A stretch of DNA of 64,000 nucleotides from Octopus sinensis (lineage: Eukaryota), in contig NC_042999.1 in assembly GCF_006345805.1 (NCBI RefSeq), positions 112,530,001-112,594,000 of the forward strand. Reading direction: 5' to 3'. Numbering within the stretch: the first letter of the stretch is position 1; every line of letters begins with the position of its first letter. The notes beneath the pieces are model-generated. The model was given only the letters and a program-made list of their open reading frames with translations, had not been told where the DNA came from and did no database searches. A program made the translations under genes and the position numbers. Positions 12,401 through 28,400 of the stretch are shown here, piece after piece.

Positions 12401-13251
12401 TCTCGCTCAGTGCTGCGATATCGACATTGTATCGGCTCAGTTCTCTGGCCACCAGGCTCGTCTCTCTGCTTTGGTGTTGTCAAGCAGAGTTCTCACGTTC
12501 CAAGTTGCGAAAGTGAGCACCTTTGTTCGTTTTCTTTCTTTGTTTCGACCGCTTGGAAAGGATCCCCACCAGCCGCGGTTTGCTGACCAGGGTGTGGTGA
12601 GGCAGGCTATGTTTAGGGCAACCTTTTCTAGCCCCGTCCTCATGCTGTGGAGGCGAGCAGAGCGATCCTGAAGAGGGCTGCTCGGTCACTCAGGAGGCTG
12701 CCAGACTCCACTGCTGCCTCAGTTCAGTGAGGGGCGACCACATGTCCTAAGCCGCCTGTGTGTGGGTTCACGACTGCAGCTCCCAGTGTATCCTCACCTG
12801 CTACTTCGCCGTTTCCCCATCGCCACAGGACTTTGTGATGTTGGTGTCATGATGTCATGACGTGCACGTGACTTGGATTATAGTGAGGGTGACTTGCGCA
12901 GGATCAGCCTCACTCTCTCGTCCTGGTGCACCGGATCCAGTGGCAAGACAAAGTCAAGACGCCTGGGGGTAGACCAGGATGCAGGAGCTGCCGGAAGGTG
13001 GCACGCATGACGCAATCCAACCCCCGTAGGGGCTCCACTCCAGATTTATGTAGGTTTTTGGGTGGCCATTGACTCATGAGAGAGTTCCTCTGCCCTTTGA
13101 CAGGTTTTGTTTTTAGTCCTGCTGGGTGTCCAAATCACCCTCCTCATCAAGAAATCTTGGTGGGGTTGCCAGTTTAGTCGCCAACGACCCGACCATGTAA
13201 CAGGTTGTACTGGGTTACATGTTATCAGTAGCTCCAAGCAGAGACCTGACA
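9421..13251 (-). mobile_element. Near full-length RTE-clade LINE (APE + RT + C-terminal CCHH finger), frameshifted with small deletions
   Basis: TFATWNVRTL, IAALSETR, GVGF, SAYAPT, LGDFN, IDY, TDH (APE); KAPGSD, GVRQGCVLAP, LFADD, YLGS, LRWAGHVSRM (RT); CPTCGRGFLARIGLTSHLRSH; ~600 bp 5' UTR. Confidence 0.95.
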
Positions 13252-13299
13252 CAATATATATATACATATACAAGCACACATATATTATTTATATTTTTG

Positions 13300-13600
13300 T
13301 AAAGATGCTTGACTCAGTGGTTAAAGCATCAGGCTTACAATTGTAAGATTGTGAGTTTGATTCCCAAACTGAGACGTGTGTAGTGTTCTTGAGCAAGACA
13401 CTTTATTTCAAATTGTTCCTGTTCACTCAGCTGTGAGAAGACTTATCCATTTATAGGTACAACTAACTTTTGCCAGTTAAGTAGACTGGAGCAGCGTGAA
13501 AATAGAGTGTCTTGCTCAAATATGCAATGGGCTACAGAGAATCGAACTCGTGACCTTACAATCATGAGCCGAATACCCTAACCATTAAAATGCAAGCTCA
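13300..13600. mobile_element. Two tRNA-derived SINE family E heads in opposite orientation; also 32440-32550(-) and 51210-51335(-)
   Basis: ctcagtggtta..gagtttgattccc..gttcttgagcaagacac and its reverse complement. Confidence 0.65.
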
Positions 13601-14231
13601 CCCTTATTTCTATCACAAGGCTTTTATCAACCGAAGTCTATTGTACAATACTCTAATCCAAAATGCTGCATGTAATAGGCTTGAACCTAATACCTCACTA
13701 GTCTGAAACAGATTCTTAAACATCTGGTCATACTTGCATTGTATTTTACAAGAATGCTTCCAGACACAGTCACTTAGTGATATGAAGATCACTGACTTTT
13801 CTGTATATTATCATTGAGTAAAGATGGAATTGGTTCAAGTATTAATAGCATTTACTCTGGTTATTGCCTCCAACATAAAACACACATTGAAATGTTCTTG
13901 TGTTTTTCATCTCTCTGTGTTTAGATGCTCTTCAATATATTTTTTTTTGAAATATCTGTCTAAAAGTGGGTGTATAGTGGGTACATGAGAATATATGTGA
14001 GTGAGTATACATTTGTGTATTGATTATGATTAGCACTACATTGTGGCTCCTGGTATTATTGATTCTGCATGGTATGCACACACATACACACAAATACATG
14101 TGTGTATGCACATACACACACACAAACAAACACGTATGTATGTATATGTACATATTTGTATATATATATATATATATGTATATATTATAAATGTATATGT
14201 ATGTATATATATGCATGTGTATGTATGTGTG

Positions 14232-14267
<36 letters not shown>

Positions 14268-14271
14268 ATAG

Positions 14272-14308
<37 letters not shown>

Positions 14309-14405
14309 ATATATAATATATTATGTATGTATATATGTATATGTATGTATGCATATATATATATTAATATATGCATGAATATATGCATATGTATATATAT
14401 ATATA

Positions 14406-14770
14406 GGCACGAGCATGGCTGTGTGGTAAGAAGCTTGCTTACCAACCATATGGTTTTGGGTTCACTCCCTCTGCATGGCACCTTGGGCAAGTGCCTTTCA
14501 CTATAGCCTTGGACCGACCAAAGCCTTGTGAGTGGATTTAGTAGATGGAAACTGAAATGAAGCCTGTCGAATATATATATATATATATCACTTGACAACC
14601 AATGCTAGTGTGTTTACAACCTTGTAACTTAGCAGTTTGGCAAAAGAAACCAACAGAATAAGTAATAGGCTTACAGAGAATAAGTCCTGGGTCGATTTGC
14701 TCGACAAAAGATGGTGCTCCAGTATGGCTTCAGTCACATGATTGAAACAAGTAAAAAGAGTAATAAAAAA
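14406..14770 (+). mobile_element. SINE family A (head + tail), CpG-decayed
   Basis: Aligns with 30286-30683. Confidence 0.85.
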
Positions 14771-14782
14771 AGAATATGTATG

Positions 14783-14832
<50 letters not shown>

Positions 14833-15250
14833 CATGCATATACCTATGCACAAACACACACTATGAATGCATGCTTGAGGTTTCTATGTTTGTTCAGGGA
14901 GAGAGATTGTTTTTCTCTTTTTTTTTTTTACAATACAGATGTATCAAAGTTTTATTTTATGGAACCGAAACAAAAGACTAGCCAATGAAACAAATGCTTC
15001 AGGGAAGAAAGCTGAGAATATTCAATGGAAGGGGAATAACTATACTATCTTAATGTTGATAGAGAAGCCTAAGAGAGAAAGTGGCTTTTGCAATGTGAAT
15101 GTAAGTATTATGCATACAAATCACTATATGAATATAAGATAAATTAGTATATATATATGCTAGCAGTAACCAAAAGCTAAAATTAAATTATATTAAACAC
15201 ACACACACATGTATATGTATAGATATATTTATACATATATATACCTTATG

Positions 15251-15293
<43 letters not shown>

Positions 15294-15298
15294 TCATC

Positions 15299-15362
<64 letters not shown>

Positions 15363-15370
15363 ATATATAT

Positions 15371-15415
<45 letters not shown>

Positions 15416-15418
15416 ATA

Positions 15419-15472
<54 letters not shown>

Positions 15473-16040
15473 ATATATATATACATACATACATACATAC
15501 AAAAAGAAAAACAGAGATAGAGGAGATCTTTAGATCCAAATAATAAATATAAACGTTACCAACGTAATTACTTTTCTGTGTAATACTTGTATGTGTAGGT
15601 GTGTGTGATTGTGTGTGTAGGTATGTGTGATTGTGTATGTGTTGTTTGAATGTGCCCATGTGTGTATATGTATACAGATAGATAGATAGATAGAATATAT
15701 AAGTATATATATATATATAAATTTGTATATACATATACATAAATATACTTATATAATTAATATGCATGTATGTATGTATATATGTATGTATATACGTATG
15801 CATGTATGTATGTACGTATGCATGTATGTATGTATGTATGTAGAATTTATCAACATACACATGCAAAGACACAAAGATTCATATCAATAATTCCATGCAC
15901 ATGAAAAATAAACAAATAATGTATATTTTGTAACATATACATTTGCACATTCAGCTTAATAACTTACTACAAACAATAGTTGGTACAACTGATGCAATAC
16001 ACCAACAAACAAACTCACGTCTTTATATACATGCATATGT

Positions 16041-16169
<129 letters not shown>

Positions 16170-16212
16170 TATATAAATATATATATGCATATATATATAT
16201 ATATGCATATAT

Positions 16213-16256
<44 letters not shown>

Positions 16257-16262
16257 TAGATG

Positions 16263-16298
<36 letters not shown>

Positions 16299-16599
16299 TA
16301 GATAGTTCGATAAATAGATATAGATATATATATACACAGATAAATGTACACAGATATATATATACACAGATAATGTATTCATATACAAATGTAAGTGTAT
16401 ATCTATCTGTGTGTGTGTGTGTGTGTGTGTGCGCATGTAATATCTATTAAATATACAATAGAACGCTGAAATTAATAACTTGCCCTTTAACAATAAAGTT
16501 GTGTACAATGCACACAATACATGTATACACATTTCACATATTTACACTACAACAGATAAAGAGCACTGTTTACTTTGATTGTAATAATTCTTATAAATA

Positions 16600-16860
16600 T
16601 AAGATGGTGATGATGATGATGATGACGACGACAATGAAGGTGATGATGATGATGTCAATGATGAGGATGATTATGATGATAATATCAACTGCAATGAAAA
16701 TGATGATGACTAATGATGAAAACGATGACGATGATGATGAGGATGATTATATCAATAACGATGATGTCAAGAAAGAGGATGATTATGATGATAATGTCAA
16801 CTGCAATGAAAATGATGATGATGGTGATGATGATGATAATGACAACAATGACAGTGATGG
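16600..16860. repeat. Degenerate (GAT)n trinucleotide tract
   Basis: Direct reading; includes a duplicated gaggatgattatgatgataat.tcaactgcaatgaaaatgat unit. Confidence 0.9.
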
Positions 16861-17102
16861 TATTGGTAGTGGCGGTTTTGATTAATATAAGTATTAATGT
16901 TATATATATATATATAATTGTGTGTGTGTGTGTATATATATATATATAGAGAGAGAGAGAGAAAGAGAGAGTGAGAAAGAGAAATAGAGACAGAAAGAGA
17001 AAGAAAGAGAAAGAGAGAAGGAGAAAGAGAGAGACATAGGTAGCTAGAGTGAGAGTCTTACAGACAGACAGACTTATGGAAGGATGGGCAGATGGAAGGA
17101 CG

Positions 17103-17243
<141 letters not shown>

Positions 17244-17824
17244 ATTGTTAGGTAGTCACTTATACACATGTGTCTGTGTGTATGTAATGTGTATGCATGT
17301 GTTTGGTGTGTATTATGTATGTGCTGTGTGTGCAATATACCTAACCATCGTTGGTTATTGAGCAAATAATTTGAGTGTTTTTCTGTGTGAGTATATGTTA
17401 TGCTATGAATATAAACACAACATACATTTAAAAAAACGCACGCACACACGCACACACACACACATACATACATACAATTATAGACACATACAGACACATA
17501 CACACCCATAACAGACAAAAAGAAAGTGAGATGTAGAGTGATTGATTCTACTTTTATACAGCAGCATTCTGAATTTCTGAACAGGATGGAATTGTTCCTT
17601 TTATTCATTGGTGTTATGGAGAAAGGTAATGCATCTCATTTAATAAAACTCAACAATTATATGGCAATGTGACACTATATGCAAATGATATATTATAAGT
17701 GTGTAGGTGTGTGTGTACACATGTATATGTGTGCGTGTGTATATATATATATATGCATATATATGTCTATATATATATATATATATATATGCATACATAT
17801 GTCTATATATATGTATATATATAT

Positions 17825-17858
<34 letters not shown>

Positions 17859-18163
17859 CATATATGTACATATATATATATACATATATATGTATACATA
17901 TATATATATATATATATACACACACATACATACGTGCATCATTATAGGTAATATACCTGGTAAAAGATACCCATATTATTGAATATGTCCACACATGCAG
18001 CATTCACACACATAAATATATATGATAATGTGTGTGTATGCGTGTTTGTGTCTGTGTGTGAGTGTGTCAGGGTTTATATATATATATATACACATTAATA
18101 TGTATACATATTTGTACATATGCACACATAAATATGTGTGTATCTGTATGTGTATATATATAT

Positions 18164-18201
<38 letters not shown>

Positions 18202-18333
18202 AAAGATATGTTATGTATGTATATATGCACATACATACACATTTGAACATGCATATAATGTGTGTGTATGCATGTCTGTGTCTGTGTGTGAGTGTGTCAG
18301 GGTTTATATATATACATACACATTAATATGTAT

Positions 18334-18375
<42 letters not shown>

Positions 18376-19816
18376 ATATATATATACACATACAGATACA
18401 CACATATATGCTGATACATAGTCATATTGTACACATACATGCAGATACATATATAAGTATACCAAATATATATATATATGTGTGTATGTGTGTGTATATT
18501 TATATATATCATATACATATAAATACATATTCATACACACTCATACAGATACACGCACACATACACACACACACACACTCACACACACCAACATTCACAT
18601 ACACACACATGCATAATAACTCTCTTGGACATATACAAATATATGTACATGTACATGTATTACATGATATAAAATCTATTTTATTGTACAATTTTCTTTT
18701 TATCATGACAGACTGCATTCATGCTCGGAACATTTATTTCTAAACTAACAGTAATAATGCATTATTACCATTAATTTAGAAATGAAGGTTCCCAGTTCAA
18801 ATGAGGTTGGTACTATACACATATCCAGGAATAAGAATCTAGACTACAATATGAGGTATAGGTATCAAATCATAGCTTTGATGTAAATAGGAAAAAAATT
18901 TCTTTTCTCGTGATCATTTAAATACTCAAAATAATTATTTTATCTGTTCTGAAGTTTTCTTATCATTTTACACTCTTTTTATGTATATATATATACTTTG
19001 TAGAAAGGGTTTTATATAGCTAGATGCATTTCCCACTGTGTATCATGAAGTTAGACAAAAAGAGAGAAGCAAGCAAAATATCTTTTTTCCAGTCAAAGTT
19101 TACTCTCCATGAGAATAAAATAAGTACCAACAAAATACTGGGCTTAATTAAAATTGATTATGCCACTCATAAAAAGTTTTTGGTCCTGATATAAAGCATA
19201 TATGTATAGAAAATTAATATAGATATATACTATATTTGTATGTTAAGCAGGGCTACCATTGGTTTCATGTTAAGAAAGGTATCTCTTAACAGTTATCAAA
19301 CCTGTCGCATGAGATGTTGATGTTCATCTCTATCTTCAATGAAAGCATCCACCAATGCAGTGTTAAGCAGTCATTTTTACTCTTCAATAATAACGCATAT
19401 GTACATGTGTGTGTATATATATATACACACACACATACATAACCAGTATATGTGATTGAAGTAGTATTAAATAGTCATCTATGTACCATACTTAATGTAT
19501 ATAAACACTTAATCAGCCAGTTACTATATACTATGATATTCATGCTGAGATAACATTATAACATCTCTTATGGGTGTACTATGTTAAAAACACAATAAAT
19601 GTCAGAGGGAGATAAAAAAAAGAAAACACTTGTCATCTCCCTCCATGCTTTGAATATTTTTTTTACATAGATAGCTCACACTCTCTCTCTCTCTCCATTT
19701 GTGTGTGTGTGTCTGAGTATTAATCAATGAAATTCCAACTTAGTCTGATTTTCACGTTTTATTATTTACAATTTTACAATATTGAGATGAACTAGTATTT
19801 TTATGCATTATACCTG

Positions 19817-19899
<83 letters not shown>

Positions 19900-21116
19900 G
19901 CATACACACAAATGCATGTGTGCACACACACACATACAGATACATGCACATGCACACACATATCTGGCTTCCACACAGTTTCCATTATTAGATTTCACAC
20001 ACAAAGCATTAGCCAACCCTAGACTATGGTATAATAAACTTCCCAAAGAGTTACACAATGGGATCCAACTCTAAGTCATGTGCTCACAAAGTCAGTTTCT
20101 AAACCACACAGCCATGCATTCATCCATTTATATGCATGGAGGTTTTTTTAATCTCAGTACAAATCCCAATTTTGAAGTTGTAATTTAAAAATTAATGACT
20201 AGACAAAATCATTAGCATACTGGGCAAAATAGTGACATTTTGTCCAACTTTACAATCTGAGCTCATATTCTGCCAAGGTCGATTTTGCCTTTCGTCCTTT
20301 TATAGTCAATAAAATAAGTACCAGTTGATTACTATGGTTGATGTAATCGACTTACCCAATTCCCTAAAATTGCTGGTCTTGTGCCAAATTTGAAATCAGT
20401 TTGGAATTATTGATTTATAACATATGTGGGAGGTACAGATGATTCTTTTTGACTCATTATTTGGCTGTATTTTATTGATCCAAGAATAATAAAAAATATC
20501 ATTGACCTTGGTGGGAATTGAACTCAGAATGCAAAGAGGTATAATTAAATACTACAATATATTTTTTCCTAATACTCTGCCAATACTGCCAATTCCTGTC
20601 AATGTTATCTGGCAGGGATTGAGTAGTCTGAGGACTGTGCCGAGCTGAGCCTGCTTTGGCAGATCTTAGGTCAAACATCCTTACCAAATGGTTAGTGTGT
20701 TTGACCCATGAACACAAAGTTTTGGATTTAATTCCTGGACTGCGCAGTGTGCTATATCTGTGAGAAAAGCTCTATTTTTCATGTTGCTCCAGGCTACATA
20801 AATGTAAATGAGTACCAGACACATGTTGGTGCAGCTGTCTCTCTCTCTTTCTCCTGCTGTCATTTCCTGGTTGTGCTGAAGGTTTGGAATTCATGGCGCA
20901 CAGAGGGTATCTATGTCTGCTTGTAACTATATGGGCACCAAAAATCAATTAACAAAAGCATGGTACATTGTTGCAAATCCACACTTGTTTGGCAATGATA
21001 GCTGGCCACTTATACTATTTCAGAGAAAGTAGCAGATATGTGAGATCTGCAGGGAATTCAGAATCCTGACTGACCAGTACAAGATCACAAGTTCTCTAAG
21101 TTTTGTACATGTATGT

Positions 21117-21151
<35 letters not shown>

Positions 21152-23706
21152 CAGAGGTTCTGCAACCAGTGAACAAAAGAAAGAAATATGCACAGAAAAG
21201 GTTTCTTTAAAATATTTTAAATGAGCCTCCTTTAAAATAATTTTTGTGCAGAAAAGAAGGGTTTTTTTTGTCAAGACCAGATATCAAGAATTGTTGTCAG
21301 GTCCTAATTTCACATACTAATATAGTTTTATTAACCTCTCATCACCTGGCATAAAGCCACTGTCCTCAGTACTACTCCCCAGCAAGTTACGTGGTGACCT
21401 CACTAGCACTGGTGCCACATAAAAAGTACCCAATACACTCTGTAAAGTGGTTTGCATTAGGAAAGGGATCCAGCTGAAGAAATCATGCCAAAGCAGACAG
21501 TAGAACTTGGCACGGTTTTCTGACTTGCCAGCTCCTGTCAAACCATCCAATCCATGCCAGCATGGAAAACAGATGTTAAATGATAATGATGATGACGAAA
21601 GACAAGGTGTGCCAAAATTAATTTGGAACAATTTTAAGCTTACATTTGCACAAGTATTCAGTGCAAACATAATTTTGTCATAGGAAAAAAGTTTGCACAA
21701 CATAAAATTTTTGCACACACTGATTACTAAAGATTAAAGCGAGCATTGGTATCAACCAAAAATAATTTTCACAGCAAGACTTAAATGTGTTTACATTCAG
21801 TTAATAAAGCATTCTTAGACTAACTAGTAACAAAAATAATGCAACTAAAACATTGAATTAAACATGATTCTCTCTAGTAACACAGCTCCAACAAGTTCAC
21901 TGGATGTATGCTACACTCTTTTGTACTAAAAACAAGTGGCCATCTTTGTTCTGATATTTAAGATGTGTATTTATTCACTTACCACCTATTTGTATGCATT
22001 GTTTTTCTGTCATACACAAATGTATATAAACATCAAGCCATTGAAGGAGTCTCTATCTAGTTGCTTGGATTACTAGAAAGAGTAACTAAATTTCCTTCAT
22101 ATCACATCTATTTACCATCTTAAACATAGAAGAACACAGAATACAGATGAGGATCTGTTGGAAGTTCAGCTCTAGCAAGTAGTGACATTCAACTTGGCTG
22201 CAGTGGAATTATCAAGACACCAATAGCAAAGTGAAATGATGATTGGCATTATCAAACTGTGGCTCCTGTGCAGGTGGCACATAAAAAGCATCATTTGAGC
22301 ATGGCTGTTGCCAGTACCATCTGACTGGCACGTAAAAGCACCCACTACACTCTTGGAGTGGTTGGTGTTAGGAAGGGCATCCAGCTGTAGAAACCCTGCC
22401 AGATCAGATTGGTGCCTGGTGCAGCCATCTGGTTTGCCAGACCTCAATCAAATCGTCAAATGTATGGAAAGCAGACGTTAAACGATGATGATGATGATGA
22501 CTGTCATAGAGAATAGGAAACACACTCCAGTCTGTTTCACCATAGACTTTACTTCACTGTAACTTTGCGTTTGTACAGCAAAATAATTGTTAGCTTTCGT
22601 CTAAACTGTTTTGTACTTCACTGTATCACAGGAATAGGTAAATTAACATTTTTTCACAGGCTGACTACAAAAAGTATCCTGCACAGTACCTGAAAATATC
22701 AAAATTCTTTCAGTCATTTCCTCATCTCGTTTTCTGGTCTTCATAAAATAAGATATAGTTTCTGCTTTATTCTATGTCCTATAAGAAAGTTCAATCTTAA
22801 CTTTTTGAACTTTAAAAATTCAACTAATCCAGTTATTTCTTTTCTAATTTACTTCTTAGCTTAAGAGAAATATAAATCATTTTTTACACATGATAAATGT
22901 TTCAAAAACACATTCCAACATATGCTAACATGGTACTTGGAAGTTGGTGATGATGATGATGACAGAGACAACAATGGCTTTTATTATTATTCTGTTACTC
23001 AATCTAGCCAGTGGATAAGGAATAAATTTTTCATACTCCTCTACATTTATAAGTTTATTGGTCAAAAAATTAAAATTGGTTGTCGATTTATTGTTTTGAC
23101 AAAACATAAGGCTATGTTTTTGATCCAGAATATAAAGGTGATGAAATCGATCTCAATTTATTCTGTGTATGTATTTTATAGACCCCAGAAGGAAAACAAT
23201 GATGGCTCTCACACATTTGAACCCAGAATGAAGATGTCTCACCCTAAATCCTGTAAGTTAATTAATCTAGAGAACAGTAACTCAATATTGATTTAGTGTG
23301 TTTATCAGGGCATATCTGGAGTGCAGCATTTTAACACTCCTCTTAATCTTGTATCAAGTCATTTATGAAACTCAACATTCTGATATCAAATCTTTCTGTC
23401 ATTTTTCACCCCACATGTTCCTTTACTTTCCTCCACTACAAGTACCTTATTCATAGTTCACAGTAATTTTCACTCAGAAAATTATCAGTTGCTACCAAAT
23501 GGCCATTCTGGTAAACTCACTTTCCCTTCATACATTGGCTGTCATGGTCTAAAGTCTAACTATTCTCTCAGATATTTTAATCCCTTAATTTTAATGAAAG
23601 CAGACAATTCCCATCCAACAGTTAAACCTCAATTCATTTCTCCTCAGGTTCTGCAGTTCAATAATATACTTTCTCATTCAAGGTCCATTTCTAACTAAGG
23701 CATTAA

Positions 23707-23931
23707 CCCTTTTATTACCATAATTCTGTTGAAAAAGCTGGGGTTTTTTTTCTTTGTTCTTATTAATTTTGAAAATAACAAAGAATTCAGTAAAATAATT
23801 TTGTCATTATTAAACTGTTTACAACATAAATTAACATGAAATTTTGATAGGTTTTAACTAAGGTTACTTTAAAACAGAAAGTTTGTGTCATATGACGAAG
23901 GAAAGTCTCAATGGGGTTGATATCTGCAGGG
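23707..23931. mobile_element. piggyBac-like MITE
   Basis: TTAA-CCC ... GGG-TTAA termini; TIRs otherwise decayed. Confidence 0.55.
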
Positions 23932-23994
23932 TTAAGCCAGGAATTTATAAGAGAACAATATTGTGTAACATTTATTTTCTTATTGTTTAACCTA

Positions 23995-24199
23995 CTCTTG
24001 TTTCAGTCGTCAGACTGTGGCCATGCTGGGGCACAGCCTTGAAGAATTTTTACTTCAATGTATCGACCCCAATACTTATTTTTTAAAGCCTGGTACTTAT
24101 TCTATCGGTCTCTTTTGCTGAACTGACAAGTTACAGGGATATAAACATGTCAGCTTCATTTGTCAAGCAGTGGTGGTAAGGGACAACACAGGCACAAAG

Positions 24200-24240
<41 letters not shown>

Positions 24241-24395
24241 CACATACAACAAATCTCTTTCAGTTTCCCTCTACTCAATCTACTCACAAGGCTTTGGTTA
24301 GCTATAGTAGAAAACACTTTCCCAAGGTGCCACACGGTGGGTCTGATCCCCGATTCATGAGGTTGGGAAGCAAACTTCTTATGACACAGCCACTG
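23995..24395 (-). mobile_element. SINE family A, full bipartite copy; further minus-strand pieces at 26715-27275, 32610-32765, 33065-33260, 33510-33640, 40225-40400, 47080-47232, 56850-57003
   Basis: Reverse complement of the family A head and tail. Confidence 0.8.
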
Positions 24396-24824
24396 TTAAA
24401 AGATAATTGTAAAAATATGGGCTGGTTGCAACTAGAAACCAAAACTGTCTATGTGCCTTACTCACAAGGTACTTATTTTTGGTTCTATAATGTCTACAAC
24501 AAAAGTTCTCCTGTTCAAGCATGGCCATAGCCCCATAGGTTACAACCAATAGACAAGTAAACTATTTTAAAAGATTTAAATAACAGAAAGAAAAGAAATT
24601 AATGTTCTCATTTTCAGAGGTAAGATATCAATCAACCTCAGTAAACATAGCCAGATGATCAAAGTAAAGTCGTATCGTGTAGAATTATATACACTGCCTT
24701 TATATGCAAAAAAGTCTTGTAGTGGTTTTGAGCTCATGACATATTTGATGGTCCAATATTTTATCTTTCAATAATTTTGCTTTTGCTTCATACATATATA
24801 CATAATTTTATATCTACATATATG

Positions 24825-24908
<84 letters not shown>

Positions 24909-24940
24909 CATATATACATAATTTTATATCTACATATATG

Positions 24941-24992
<52 letters not shown>

Positions 24993-25379
24993 GAATGTAT
25001 GCAAATAAGTATGCATATATGTATATATATATTTATATATATGTATGTATGTTAATATGAATACAAGTATATGTGCTTATGCGTGTGTGTGTATGTGTGT
25101 GTACATGTGTATATATATGTATGTATGTATGTGTGTATATATATGTGTGTGTGTACTCACATACACATATATACAAATATATATATGTATATATTTACAT
25201 ATATTTGTGTAAATATATACATATATATGTATATATTTACACACAAACACACACACATATATATATATATATATAGATAGATATAGATATACATACATAT
25301 ATGGATATATTTATTTATGTATAGATACATACATATATGTATATAGTTACTTATGTATATATACATATATGTATATGCT

Positions 25380-25450
<71 letters not shown>

Positions 25451-28400
25451 TACTTACATGTATATATTTAAATATATGTACACATATATACATACACATA
25501 CATATATTCATATATATACACACACACTTAAGTATGAATGTGTGCATTTATAAGAATTTATGAGTATGTATAGCATGATGAATATATGTGTGTGTATATA
25601 AATGTGTTTTATGAAGTTTTTGTTGAGTCATCCTTCACTTTGTTGACATTTTGAAGCAAGAAGGTAAAAAAGAAATTAAAGCCTTTTCTGTTAAGAACCA
25701 AATTATTGTTTAAGTTCTTCCAATATGACAATAAATATATTATTTGATGGATCTTTCACAAATCAAACTAACTTTTTTTGAATTTTTCTTATACATTTTA
25801 AACATTTTAAAATGAAATTATAGTCATACCTATAATAAATGAATGACAACAACCAAAATCTTCTCGTCTTTTTGGCACTGTCAGCAGAATGTTTAGTAAA
25901 ACTTTTCAGAGAAAGAACTTCAGAAATGTCTCTAATATATGGATGACATTTTCAGATAATTTATCAACACTACAAAGGAGTCAAAAATTAAATAGCAACT
26001 TTATACTTGCGCTATGAAAAAGAAATGCTAATTATAAATTAGATTAAAATCAATTACAGTATTATTTCTAATACAGAAGTCACAAAACTGAAATAAATAC
26101 AAAGAGTAACATATAATCTTTTGAGTACAGAAATGTGTATGAGTGTTTGGAGGTTAGGAAGTACATCGAATAAAGAATGTACATATACATGTACATTTGC
26201 TGCTGTTGTTGTTTTTTGGTCAAAACTCAACTCTCATTGAACAGACCTATGGTCAAGAGTTCTAGCTATGACTATCCTGTCTTATATTAGTGATTCCATT
26301 ATAAGATGTCCTTAACTTTTCAAGATGATAGGGTGTGATTTGAAGTGATGTGAGTGTTATTTCTAGCAATCAATGTGACACAGCTTCGATTTTAATCCCT
26401 TTTATATATTATATATACATGTGTGGGGGGTGGCACGTGTGTGTATGCATGTGTGTGTGTATTGATGGATTAATAAGAGGTGGATAGGTAACACTTATGA
26501 CCCTTTTCAGTGCTCTGTGACTGGTGAGAGGAAGGGAGAAAAATTTTCTCTACTCTAAGACCTGACATGAATACTTACAGCAGAGAAAATTCCCTAAAAC
26601 AACATAAAGGCTACGTTGTGGCATTATACCAAGTAATGATTTAAATCTACCATCCAAGGCATTATGCTTAACTATGTTTTCATAAAGGAAACCAATATTT
26701 TCCTCAGTATTTACTTTTTATCTTTTAATTGTGACAATCACTGGACTGCAACTATTCTGGGACAAATTGATTCAAAACTTATTTTTAAGTCTGGTACTTA
26801 TTCCATTGGTCTCTTTTGCTGAACTTCTAAGATACAGGGATGTAAACAAACCAACACTGGTTGTCAAGCAGTGATAGTGGACAGAAACAAACACCAAAAC
26901 ATGCACACTCACACCCATACACACATTTTATATATATCACTAGCCACTGCACATTCTTTATTTTCTCTCCTTGTTTCTTTCTGTGGAAGAGTGTAGGCTT
27001 GAAATGGTAAAGACTTTTTCATTTCCCGGGCATTAAACTAGTACATCTGTTTGTTGTCTGCACCACCTGTCTTCGTCTTTTGTTTTTTTTGTGAATTCTC
27101 CCCCTATATATATATATATATATATATGATGGGATTCCACAGAGTTTCTATCAACCAAGTTAACTCACAAGGTATTGGTCAGCCTGGGGCTATTGTAGAA
27201 AGCACTTGTCCAAGGTACCAAGCAGTGGGACTGAACCTGGAACCACATGGTTGTAAAGTAAGCTTCTTAAACACACACCTATACCAGAGAAGCTTTCTTT
27301 TTTTTCTGCTTTGTATCAATATTGTTTTTATATTTAAGACAGGGCACTTAAGGCAAATACTAGAATGCTAAACAAGAAGCAGTATCTACTTTGATGTCCA
27401 ATGCTCCATTCAGGTCTTGGTAAAATACACTCAGTAAAGTTGCTACTATGATTACCAATTTCATCCACTAACAAAAATTAATATTCTCTCAGTTTATATT
27501 TATTTTGTTCTATCAAACTCGATCTTGAAAGTATAAATTTTATTATAACGTTGCTAATATTCTTTTCTACTCAAGGCACAAGGTCCGAAACTTTTGGGAA
27601 GGGGGCCAGTATATAACTGGTACTTAATTTATTGACCCAAAAAAGATGAAAGGCAAAGTCAACCTCGGTGAAATTTGAACTCAGAAACATAAAGACAGAC
27701 GAAATACCACTAAGCAAAATGTTGCTAATATTGTGAAACAAATAGCATAAAGTTTACTGTAAGCCTAGTTTTAATTTCCTGTGACAAACCAGTTAATTTT
27801 AAGTAAATATTTTGGTGGGATAGTTAGCAATAAATATAAGGTGGTGAGCTGACAGAACCATTAACACACCAGACAAAATGCTTAACATCATTTTCTAATT
27901 GTCTTTACGAGTTCAAACTCCACCAAGGTCATCTTGCCTGCCATCATTTCAGAGTCAATAAAATAAGCACCAATTGAGTATTAGTGCAAAGACAAAAAAG
28001 AAAATTCAGGCCTTGTGCCAATAGTAGAAAGGATTATCTATATTTTACATCTAGTGTTGATGTAAATATTTTTTAAAATTTTTATCTGTGAAAACGAGAT
28101 TACTAATCCATAAAATTTTTATCTTATTAACAGCTCGCATAAGGCACTTCATTATACTTATGCTATTGCTTTCAAATTTTGGCACAAGGCCAGAAATTTG
28201 GGGAAGGGGGAAGTTGGTCACTTGACCCCCAGAGTTCAACAGGTACTTATTTTATCAATCCCAAAAGGATGAAAGGCAAAGTGAACCTTAACAAAATTTA
28301 AAATCAGAGATTAAAGATGGATGAAATGCTGCTAAGCATTTTTCTTGGCGTGCTAACGATTTTGCCATATATAACTATTGATATTAGAAATAAAAGCATG

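Noticed and set aside
16499-16885. Met/Asp-rich ORF
   Set aside because: Product of a (GAT)n tract; no splice or domain evidence
25830-26010. Minus-strand exon with good-looking splice sites
   Set aside because: Stop codons in all three frames from the acceptor
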